45,112 nt of DNA from Macrostomum lignano (taxonomy: Eukaryota): positions 1 to 45,112 of the forward strand of contig NIVC01000937.1 of assembly GCA_002269645.1 (NCBI GenBank). The letters are read 5' to 3'. Shown here piece after piece: positions 25,178-35,378 of the stretch (position 1 is its first letter; each line of letters begins with the position of its first letter). Under the pieces are notes generated by a model, which did no database searches, was not told where the DNA came from, and was given only the letters and a program-made list of their open reading frames with translations. Position numbers and translations under genes: made by a program.

Positions 25178-26404
25178 TCTGCAAATAATTGAACGAATAG
25201 CCGAATATTTATGTATGAACACCAAGGCTTGGATTTGCAGGAAACTTTTTAACTCGACTTTTCTACCGCAGTCTCTAGTTATCCTAACCATTTTTTTTAT
25301 TTTCTCTCACCATCTAGTGGAAAGTAATAGTGTGCGTCTTTTGCAGGTAGATGTGCATTGGTTATTTTCGAATTTTCTTTTCTACATCTAAAAGTACATA
25401 CCAGGTATTATACATCTTTCATGAAATATGTTTAGAGATATATAACTTCCTTGAAATTGTAACAGAAGGAACAATTTTTTGTTTGCAGCAATGCGAACTT
25501 TCTAGAAATGTTATGTCACAGACACAGACAATGGAACACTTTGCTGGTTTTTTAACAACCTTTAAATATATACTTGAAAAATGGCTTCTATCTTTCGAAG
25601 CAGCCGAACGCTGTTAGCGAGACAAGTTAAAACCATAAAAGTGTACTCGTACTCATTAAATCTACATGCAGCTTGAATAACTCACCCCCCCTCCCCTTAC
25701 TCGGATATCGGACAACAAGCTATTATTAAGCTCCAACATGCGGGTGGGAAGAGCAGCAACGCCCAGTCTAGTTAAGCTAAGATTAAGATTAAGTTACTCT
25801 ATGTATGATCTATAGGGGACGATTTTATTAACAAAAATGGTATTGCTTTGTTTATCTATCAAAGTAACTATACCATTCCTTACATTAGTAATTTACATTC
25901 ACGAAGCCGTAAATAGCTTTAGTATTTCGGTAAAATGCTCAAATTCATGCCAGGATAAATATAGTGAAAAAAATCTTTTTTTCCTGCACCAGATAATGAA
26001 CGAATGTGTCGTAACAGGCCCAATGCATTTTTCACTAAGAATAGTACAGCGTTATGATGATAACTAAAAACCACCTAGGTTCGAGTGCTTAACCTAATGC
26101 ATGCTGTGTGGCATGCTCACCTCCGAGTGAGTCCTTTACTTGACACTCTGTCGCCGTGGAGGTCTAGTCTGTTCATACAAGCCAGCCTGTTGCGCCGCCA
26201 GCGACTTCAGTAGGCAGGCCACATCATACGTACGCTCGTAGATTCGGTCGGCAAGTGCATGGGACCTACAAGAGCAACAACAACAAAATCTGCTACCCCG
26301 CATGCAAAGTCACAGTTAGAGCCGGGCGCGTCAGATGGCGCGCCGCAGAGTCTGGGAGCGAACCAAGTCCGCTTCGTTGGCTGTGTCGGGCGCCCCAGCG
26401 TCGC

Positions 26405-26515
26405 ACAGCAGGCAGTCCACGTATCGACGGTTTCGGGCCTGACCCCGCCTGAACGGGCCATGCAAGGTGAGCAGCAGGACGTCCTGAACAGGTTGGGGGC
26501 TACGTTTGAGCCTAT
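26405..26515 (-). pseudogene. Third, most diverged copy of the unidentified PQPVQxVLLLT module
   Basis: Minus frame HRLKRSPQPVQDVLLLTLHGPF...RYVDCLL aligns with the 23355 copy (..CPQPVQEVLLLTLQ...SYVDCQL). Apparent frameshift just upstream. Confidence 0.55.
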
Positions 26516-27180
26516 GCTATGCACCTCAACCTGTGAAGCGTGTTATGTCACAGTTTTCTGGTAATGTCCGTTTTGACGGATTGTCGTTTTTGTTGTTGAT
26601 GTTGGGATTCTCGTTCTAATTATGATGAAAGAATGAAAGCTGTGGAAAATATGATGGCTGTAGCTAGCAATCCAGCTATAAATGCTGTATATTATTGTAC
26701 TCATTTAAATCCATCAAGCTGTCAACGCTTTTGTTAAAACTTGAAGCTCAACACTTACCCCGCATTTCGCGTTCTTATTCATTGTTTTCAACAGTTTAGA
26801 ATAACACTCTATCAATTTTAATCCAGACCATTGCTTATCCTCATAGTATTGAAAAAAATCCTGAAAGAAAACCAGCTTTTTAGCAGAAAAGTAATTTTGC
26901 TTTTTGTATCTACCCTCGCTGTTAGGTCAATAACTATCGGAACACAAGTGAACAATAAGCATCTAGGATCTCACTCAGTATCTCAGTTGTCAGAAGGCAA
27001 CTGAGTTCGAGACATGAATGTCGAAATATTCGCAGTTGGCCATAGACTAAAAGTTCAAGCCTGTAAAATCTGACAAAATTATACTCATATTGCGCCTCTG
27101 TTTGCAAAAGCAGTTAGAAATCAAGAAGACAAGAAAAAGAATACTTAACGCTCTCAGACTTGTTGCATCCAAACACAAAA

Positions 27181-28545
27181 ATGCGCGAGTGCATCTCAAT
27201 TCACGTCGGTCAGACGGGAGTGCAGATAGGCAACGCCTGTTGGGAGCTCTTCTGTCTTGAGCACAGCATCCAGCCGGACGGTCTGATGTTGCCTGGTAGA
27301 GAAAAATCCGACGATTCTCAATCGTCTTTCTTCTCAGAGACCTCGTCTGGACGATACGTGCCTCGCACAGTGTTTGTGGATTTGGAGCCAACCGTCATTG
27401 ATGAAGTCCGATGCGGCACCTACAGGCAGATGTTTCACCCGGAGCAGCTCATCTCGGGCAAAGAGGATGCGGCCAACAACTACGCCCGGGGACACTACAC
27501 AGTCGGCAAGGAGGTGATCGGACAAGTGCGAGAGGTGATCAACCGTCTAGCCGAGAACTGTTCAGGCCTGCAGGGCTTCCTTGTGTACCACTCCTTTGGC
27601 GGCGGTACCGGCTCCGGATTCACGTCGTTGCTGATGGACCGCCTGGCGTCGGAGTACGGCAAGCGAGCCAAGCTGGAAATCGCCGTCTACCCGTCGCCGC
27701 AAGTGTGCACCGCTGTGGTGGAGCCATTCAACGCGATTCTGTGCACACACGGAACACTGAGGCACTCCGACTGCGGAATGATAGTGGACAATGAAGCCAT
27801 CTACGACATTTGCCGAAGAAACTTAGACGTCGAGAGGCCAACTTATACAAACTTGAACAGGCTGATTAGCCAAGTCGTATCCTCCATAACCGCGTCGCTT
27901 CGGTTTGACGGCTCAGTAAATGTGGACATCAGCGAGTTTCAAACAAATCTGGTTCCTTATCCAAAGATTCACTTCCCTCTTGCTACTTATTCACCAATTC
28001 TTTCAGCAGAGAAGGCGCATCACGAGCAGCTCACAGTTAAAGAGATTACTAACTCGTGCTTTGAAGCTAGCAGTCAGATGGTGAAGTGCGACCCTCGGCA
28101 CGGAAAGTACATGGCCTGCTGTCTTCTGTACCGCGGCGACGTCTCCTCGAAAGACATCAACGAAGCGATTCAGAAAATCAAGACTAAGCGCGAAATACAG
28201 TTTGTCGACTGGTGCCCCACAGGCTTCAAGGTGGGCATGAACTATCAGCCGCCAACGACGGTACCTGGCGGTGATCTGGCAAAAGTTCCACGCGCAGTCT
28301 GCATGCTGAGCAACACCACCGCCATCGCGGAGGCCTGGGATCGGCTGGCGTACAAGTTCGACCTGTTGTATTCCAAGCGGGCGTTTGTACACTGGTACGT
28401 AGGGGAAGGCATGGAGGAGGGCGAGTTCGCCGAGGCCCGGGAAGATCTTGGCGCCATGCAGAAGGACTACGAAGAGGTCGGAGTAGACAGCGTCGAGGGA
28501 GAAGAGGAGGAGGTCGAGGAAATGGACAAAGTCGGCGATGACTGA
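27181..28545 (+). CDS. TUBA: Alpha-tubulin, divergent, intronless, 454 aa
   Basis: [69 protein letters not shown], acidic tail. Confidence 0.98.
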   Translation: MRECISIHVGQTGVQIGNACWELFCLEHSIQPDGLMLPGREKSDDSQSSFFSETSSGRYVPRTVFVDLEPTVIDEVRCGTYRQMFHPEQLISGKEDAANNYARGHYTVGKEVIGQVREVINRLAENCSGLQGFLVYHSFGGGTGSGFTSLLMDRLASEYGKRAKLEIAVYPSPQVCTAVVEPFNAILCTHGTLRHSDCGMIVDNEAIYDICRRNLDVERPTYTNLNRLISQVVSSITASLRFDGSVNVDISEFQTNLVPYPKIHFPLATYSPILSAEKAHHEQLTVKEITNSCFEASSQMVKCDPRHGKYMACCLLYRGDVSSKDINEAIQKIKTKREIQFVDWCPTGFKVGMNYQPPTTVPGGDLAKVPRAVCMLSNTTAIAEAWDRLAYKFDLLYSKRAFVHWYVGEGMEEGEFAEAREDLGAMQKDYEEVGVDSVEGEEEEVEEMDKVGDD

Positions 28546-29199
28546 AGCGGTGCTTCCATCTTCGTAAATATCTCTATGCATACTTTGAACTGTATTTTCC
28601 AGCAATTATCTAATTAATTATCATGCAGACCGTTATGCTTATTTTTATTCCAAAATTTGCGTAGCGATGATGCAAGAAGCTGGCAGATCATTTGCTACGG
28701 CGAATCCGTATTTGTATTGGTTGGCCATAAATGAGGCCCACACTTGCATTCATGAATTAGTTTCGGTAAAGTTTTGTTACTGCATTTTGACAACTACAAA
28801 GGAATTTTATTTGCAAGTCAATAAACCGGTATCATATTAATTTATTCTCGCACACCTTTTTTGTCTTCGTATCTGTCATTTCGACCGGCTCTCCAAGCAC
28901 AGCGGAAGGCGAAGTTTGAACAAAATCTTGAGTGCTTATTGTAATGAAAGAAATTTTTAAAGTCACTTTCATCTGGCAGGCAGAAAACGAGACAGGTTAC
29001 GCCCAAGGACCACTATCAGTATATCCTTGGATAGCAGGGTCCTTGGTCCTTGGTTACGCCCTTGATAACTGCACGAAGTTTGATTGAAGTTTTGTTAATA
29101 TTTGTCTTGTAGCAAACAGCTGAAAATGCAGTGTGTTTTTTTCAGCGGGAAAAATACTTAAATGTACAAACGCTCGTTTGACTATAGAGTAGACCAACA

Positions 29200-29475
29200 T
29201 GGTGTCTGTGCACTCTTCGATAATGTAGCATTGTCTGCGCTAGGAAGGACAAGTGTCAGGCCTTCTCAGTGCTGACAGCTGGAGCCTGTCAGTGCAAGCT
29301 GTTCCTGTTCGATGCGTGCAGTCACCGTGTGCAGTCTGTGCCGAGCTGCACTCATCAGGTGACTGTGTATGTGAGGTCTCTGCCCGGCGTACCTCCGGCT
29401 CGCCTGTGTCCGTCCGGATGCGAGAACGCGAGATACGGCTCATTGTACGTGTATATTCAAGCTTGTCAAGGATGA
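29200..29475 (+). pseudogene. Internal fragment of the PAN/C-type-lectin cassette
   Basis: About 29237-29420 is near-identical to copies A and B. It then degenerates (GCENARYGSLYVYIQACQG*). The 5' flank is a decayed version of the 17.3 kb copy. No signal peptide. Confidence 0.8.
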
Positions 29476-29836
29476 GCTGATCGCATAGGATGTCTAATAG
29501 TATGGCTTACTTGTTGTGGCTTCAAAGTGTGCTTACAGCGTACTCATTAGTTGACTTGACTACTAAAAAGAATAAACTTAAAGCCAAGGAAAATTGTTTC
29601 AGTTCGCTAGAATAAGCCAAAGCGTGACCAACTGAATCCAGTATTGCTATAGTATTTCCGCACTCTAATTTTGCATACATGGGCTGGCTTTTCGACTCGA
29701 TGTGGCCACTCAGAAGGCTGCACCAGAGTCCATATAATTGCTTCCTGAGCTCCGAGAGCAGATAAATTCTAACTGAGATAGGTCGTTTGAAACTAAAGGG
29801 AAATTTTGCAGTCATTTTTGTTAAAATTGTCGCTGC

Positions 29837-30706
29837 ATGGCTGACACTCTGGTGAAAGTTGGTCTCGCCTGTTTACTATTTTCGTTGGTCCTCGTTGCCG
29901 TTCTTTTGCCAGCATGCTGCTTGATGCGTCGCAGGCGCCGGGCTCAGTCGCAGCAGCATTTGCAGCAGTCCGATGAGCAGCAGCGGTCGGTCTGGCCAGG
30001 CCGCGTGTCTGTGCTGGCAGCCGGGGCGCTGCTATCTGTTGGCCTGCTGGACATGTTCCCGGATGCGGCCGAAGAGCTCAAACCGATGGGCAACGCCAGC
30101 CGGACACTGGCGCACAGTCTAGCCCTGGCCGGACTGTCTCTCGTGCTGGTTGTTGATCGTCTTGCTTCGGCGCGCTTCAGCCGCTCTGCTCTGCTGGCCA
30201 CGGCGCTGTCCGTTCATTCTCTGTTCGAAGGCGTAGCGATGGGGGTCGCACCGCAGCCAACCAAACTGGCCGCCTACTTTGTAGCCATCGCGCTGCACAA
30301 ACTGGTGGTGGCCGCCAGCCTTGGCATCGAGCTGGCCACCTCCAGCGTACCCATCCGCAACCTGCTGGCCTGCGCGCTCGGCTTTGCGCTCGCCAGTCCC
30401 GTTGGCATAACTCTCGGACTGCTCCTGACGACCAGCCTCGAGTCCCGACCGCTCTCTGCCGGACTGGCTAGCGGAGTTCTTCAGTCCTTGGCTAGCGGCA
30501 CTTTTCTCTATGTGGCTCTGTTTGAAATCCTGCCGCGAGAGTTTGGCTATTGCTTTGAGTCTGCCGAGTCGGATGGACCCGATGGCACTGAGCAGGGCAG
30601 CGCCGAGCCGGAAGGCCACCGACACGGCAAACTGCTGTTCCTGGCACTCGGGTTTGTTGCCGTTTCATCCTACGAGCTGATGGAGCGGGCGATACTGACG
30701 CCGTAA
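29837..30706 (+). CDS. ZIP (SLC39, ZIP1/2/3-like) divalent metal transporter, intronless, 289 aa
   Basis: AAGALLSVGLLDMFP, TM4 ALSVHSLFEG, TM5 IALHKL, ASPVGI, ASGTFLYVALFEILP. AATAAA at 30776-30781. Confidence 0.92.
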   Translation: MADTLVKVGLACLLFSLVLVAVLLPACCLMRRRRRAQSQQHLQQSDEQQRSVWPGRVSVLAAGALLSVGLLDMFPDAAEELKPMGNASRTLAHSLALAGLSLVLVVDRLASARFSRSALLATALSVHSLFEGVAMGVAPQPTKLAAYFVAIALHKLVVAASLGIELATSSVPIRNLLACALGFALASPVGITLGLLLTTSLESRPLSAGLASGVLQSLASGTFLYVALFEILPREFGYCFESAESDGPDGTEQGSAEPEGHRHGKLLFLALGFVAVSSYELMERAILTP

Positions 30707-31125
30707 CTTCTCTAGTAGTTTACGAGATTTTTTCGAGCGTACAAAAGATTTCGATTTCATCCCAGTTTGTATTGAAATAAACTCTCAATTGAGTTGATAA
30801 TCTTTTATGCTGGTCAATACGATTAGTTACTAAGTTTTGTGGTAATTGTAACATTATTTTAACTGCCCTGCACTCTTGGGTTATGTTGTGATGTATTTGC
30901 CTCTTTTCTTTGAGAGTTATAAAATTTTTGCAAGCACTGTACTAAGTCGAATAATTTAATTTTTAATTAAACAATTTTTGAAATCGGATCAACTGAAGCA
31001 TAAAATATAAGGAAACCAATTACAGTTTTATTCTAACATAGGACAGAGCACCAGATAAACTCTTCAAATACACAAGTCCGCAAGTACACTATGCGAGAGT
31101 CCTAATGCCCGCGGCAGCTCAGCAC

Positions 31126-31638
31126 TCAGGGGAAAGCCTCGTGGTCGAACACGTACTCTCCGATTCCGGTGCCCACCCTATTGAGTTGCGTGATGAAGGC
31201 GGAGATCTTGGCAATCGCGTCAACCTGCTCGCCGAGGAACTCTCCCTCTAGGAAGTCGGTGAGATGCGCGTCATCGTGTTTCGAGGTGACCTTGTGCAGG
31301 TCCAACAGGCTCTGGTTGACGTCCCTCTCCAGCTGCAGCGCGTCCTCCATCGCCTCCAGCATGGAGCCCCAAGCGTGCTTCTTCGGCCTGTTCACGTTGT
31401 CCAACACGACGGAGCCGCCTCGCTCGTTGATCAGCTTCATCAGCTTCTCGGCGTGCTCTCGCTCATCCGAGGACTTCTTGGCGAAGTAGGCTGAGATGCC
31501 GGGCAGGGCGACATCGTCGCGACTAAAGTAAAAGCTCATGCTCTGGTAGGTATACGACGCGAACAGCTCCATGTTCACTTGCTTGTTCAGCGCCGCCTCG
31601 CTCTCCTGGTGAAAGTTCTGTCTGATTCGGCTGCTCAT
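31126..31638 (-). CDS. Cytosolic ferritin, heavy-chain type, intronless, 170 aa
   Basis: RIRQNFHQESEAALNKQVNMELFASYTY, RDDVALPG, EREHAEKLM, LERDVNQSL, DFLEGEFLGEQV. Ferroxidase ligands appear present (Asp at the H-chain E61 position). Minus-strand AATAAA at 31027-31032. Confidence 0.97.
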   Translation of the reverse strand: MSSRIRQNFHQESEAALNKQVNMELFASYTYQSMSFYFSRDDVALPGISAYFAKKSSDEREHAEKLMKLINERGGSVVLDNVNRPKKHAWGSMLEAMEDALQLERDVNQSLLDLHKVTSKHDDAHLTDFLEGEFLGEQVDAIAKISAFITQLNRVGTGIGEYVFDHEAFP

Positions 31639-32067
31639 GACTGCCGGCTCTGCCGGGCGAGACTGGGTTTTGATTGACTTTCTTGCGCTGTCTGCAAACA
31701 GCTGTCGAATTTATGCGCTCGGCTACGCAATGATCAGTCGTATTCGAGCCGAGCTGAGGCGCTTAGAATTATCATCACCAAGGCCAATGAAAAAAGTTAA
31801 TCTCAGAAAGATGCTCAAACTGATCACAACTTGAGATGGGATGTGCTGAACAATAGAAGCCCTGGGTTATTATCTGTCATTACATTCATTATCGATTAGT
31901 TCAACTAGTTCACTCATGCCTCACCGAAATAGTACATTTCCACAGCTTTCTTCGAAGATCTGATGTAGACTTGCGGTCGACATGGCCCACTGGGGACTCA
32001 GTCTAACCGCCGAGCCGGCCTAGTCCGCCCATGAGACCTCAAGCTAGCCGGCCAACTAGCCAGCCAA

Positions 32068-32135
32068 ATCATCCGCGCCGAGTCCTACTGTCCGCAGCCG
32101 GTGCAGAATGTGCTGCTGCTGACGATGCGCAGGCA
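32068..32135 (+). other. Fourth copy of the unidentified module
   Basis: Frame IIRAESYCPQPVQNVLLLTMRRHPG, bounded by stop codons. Lies upstream of and divergent from ferritin. Confidence 0.7.
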
Positions 32136-32359
32136 CCCTGGCGCAAACTCGGCGTTTCGTCGAGCTGCCTGCTGGCTGACGCGGGCGCCCGGATTCGGTC
32201 GGTGACACGGCCTGTGTTTGCGCCCTAGCCAAGAGGCGCGCTGTGACTCTGACTATGTTTTATAAGTCTAACTGACAGCTTATTTTGTTGTTATTATTGT
32301 TGTTGTTATTTGAGTGTTTTAGAGAAGCGAAAATTCAAAACAACCAGTTCGGGTGAATT

Positions 32360-32732
32360 TTAAGGTAAGGGTTGACCACTATATTAAAATGATAAAATAT
32401 GCCAAAAATGTACGGAACTCGAAGGTATTTGACAGGATTTTTCCTGGGTGGGTGCACGTGACGGACCATAATATCTTCGATGTATAGGTCTTCAATGCCT
32501 ATAGATAGGTGTGTATAGTTTCATCCGGTGTTAGGGTGACCACGGGGAGACCGTGACGCAACATATTACTTGCGTTGTACTCCCACCAGAGAACGCAGCA
32601 TAAATTAGAGCTTTAAAATCTCTGGTGCCTTGTGATCTCCTATTACTCCTAAGGACACTATGCAGAGTCAGATAAATTTTTTTTCAAAAAAAATTCAGAT
32701 GAGTTTTTAGTCACTGACCCTTCCCCTCTTAA
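32360..32732. mobile_element. Possible small non-autonomous DNA transposon bounded by TTAA (Kolobok/piggyBac-like MITE)
   Basis: TTAA-GGTAAGGGTTGACCACTA ... TAGTCACTGACCCTTCCCCTC-TTAA. The terminal inverted similarity is only partial. Confidence 0.3.
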
Positions 32733-33483
32733 CTTTCAAAGCACAGATAGATCTGTTAGGGAATTGATCACCTTTGAGAGATCTTTACAGTGTGCTATGT
32801 ACACAGCTAGTGCTCACTTGTCAAATGAGTATATATCATACAACAAACAATTCAAAACTATATAATTCGCCACTTGCTTTGCATCGTCGTTCAAAAGGCC
32901 TAATAATTATGGCAAATTTCTGTATACCTGCTCAATGGTGAGCATATCAGTTTGGCAACTTGAAGCGTCGAAGCGTTGGAGTAAAAAGCACTAATACAGC
33001 TGTCCATAATGGCTGACAGTAATGTAATATTAAAAATAAAGCAATAAATTGTAGTAAGAGAAAATCTGGCAAAAACCAGAACATATTCTTTGATTTTAAA
33101 CACCTTTTGTTATACTCTTCTTTTCCAAGAATAATTATTTATAAGAACCTATTTGACTGCACTAAATATTTAATATATAATGTTTCAGATCGATCGAGAA
33201 AATTTTTTGAAATTTTGTGAAAATAAGCCTTCACATTATTATCCACTTTATCAATTATCAATAACACTTATCAATAACTCTGATATTTTAGGCGTTATAA
33301 CAAAATTATCATTACTTTTTGACTGACCCTCGTAGACATGGCTACCTTGTCTCTAAATGTGGCATTTTGTATTATAAGTAATTCGTTTCAAATCTATTAT
33401 TGTATTAGTATTTATGAATATGATTGATTAAATATGATAATTTATATAACTATAGCTTTTATATTGCTAATTACTGGTAGAAA

Positions 33484-35280
33484 TAGAGTAGATATAATAA
33501 AGATTCAATGTTATGGCCATCTTGGTGAGTGGCCATCTTGGTCTTATACCATTATATCAATAGTAGTTTAAAGCTCTTAGGCTCTATCCTGCCTTTGATT
33601 AACAAATATTAAAGACCATTATCCTAAGTCCTAGGTTTTTTGTGCCAAATGGTTGCCATGATACCTCAAAATTTTGTTTGGCACCTTGAATTAGACCTAT
33701 ATTGCCAAAATGGCACCATAAATTTTTAGGCCTGCTGCTGCCAAGAAATTAATGTACTTTTATAATAGAGTAAAGATGACATCATTGAAGTGTAGTGTAT
33801 ATATTACTGCATAGGTAATATATTATCTCAATACTTATATAGGAAAAAGTTGAATGAGTAATAATAAGTAATATTAATGTCTAACAATATTTTACATTTT
33901 TTCTAGGAATTTTCAGGATTAATGATAAGGATTAATATAAAAAATTAGCATTGAATAATTAAGTTAAACATTTTGATGAGTACTAATTGGCACCCTGATT
34001 TCTGATTTAGCACCCTGATTTTGGATTAAAGTGCCAAATACCACTCAATTTTTACAAAAAAACTAGTCTAAGTCTAAGATGATTAAAGATTTAGTAGAGA
34101 AAAGTTAAGCCTTGTAAACTCTTTATGAAGTAATATAGTATATAGTATAAAGATAGTGATATATAATATATCACTTCTTTTTGAGCATTTTGATTTTATA
34201 AGAGTTTAGAATTTTAATATCATTAATTAATGGCAGTTGTTATTGTTACGGTGACTGTATAAACAACAAAACGGTTATTTTTATGGTTAACGCATAAGAT
34301 ACTATGTGGGCCTATGGTCTTTACTTAATGTAACCATATAAATAGCAAAACTTATTTTTATGGTCACCATAGATGGGAAGCAAAATGGCTATTTTTATGG
34401 TCATGTGGAAGAAATTTCTGTTAAATTACAAGGTAATAGTAACAATTACCTAAAGTAAGCTACCATGACAAGAACCACTAGAAGTTACCATGGTATTTAT
34501 TAATAAAACGTTTCTTTATTTTTTAAATTCAACTATCATAGTATTTGCATAGCAAGTTCATCACTTCATTTAGATGGTACTTGTTTTAAGTGTTAACCGT
34601 AAAAATAACTGTCTCGCTATTTATACGGTCACCATAACAATGACAACTGCCTAATTAATATAACTTTTACTAATGTCATTGAAACTAAAATCTAGTAATA
34701 AATATATTTAAAAAATACTTTTATCACCTATTGATTAATGATAAAATTATATAACTTATCTACAAGACCAGAAACCATAGTAAAAAGTTGTTAGTCTTTA
34801 GTTACTTGGGTCAAAATTTAAGGTAAAAAAAGTAAAAATTCCAAAAATCTATTAAACAAAATGTTAATATTTTTACTTTCATCTTTTATATTACTAAGCC
34901 TATCTGACTTATAGAAGTTGAAAAAGACTATAAACTCCATGTTTATATATTCAAATTTGATAATTGATAGAAGTCTTAAGAATCCCAAGACCTATAATTA
35001 TTGAATTATTAAAATCTTGAACTTAAGTAGTATCCAAAGTGCCAATTTGGTATCTTAGATCCAATGTTAGAATGTCAAAATTAAGGTTAATATATCATGA
35101 TGCATGTTATGATACAACAAACTTAGTCTAAGACTATGCAAAATGTCCAATTTTTCATTTTAAAGAGAGCACTTGGGCTGATGGAGAAAGGGCAGAGAGA
35201 GTAATGTAAATAGTATAAATAGTATTTACAGTGTCTTAATTCAACCAAAGATGGCTATTCTAAATTTTCAGATGTACTCT
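33484..35280. mobile_element. AT-rich, old foldback/MITE-like element with nested inverted repeats
   Basis: Abrupt shift to very AT-rich, ORF-free sequence. Degenerate terminal similarity (AGAGTAGAT..GGCCATCTTGGT vs the reverse complement of ACCAAAGATGGC..ATGTACTCT). Internal arms of about 70 bp at 34222-34291 and 34592-34659. Confidence 0.45.
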
Positions 35281-35378
35281 AGTTAACATTTGCACTTTTA
35301 TTTAAGAGCTAGAAGAGCAATAAGTTCTCCTAGGCCAACTGACATTGTGCAGTTTGCCTTTAGACAGCTGCCCACCAA

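Noticed and set aside
31639-31790. Iron-responsive element upstream of ferritin
   Set aside because: Only CAGCGC is present, without a pairing stem or bulged C.
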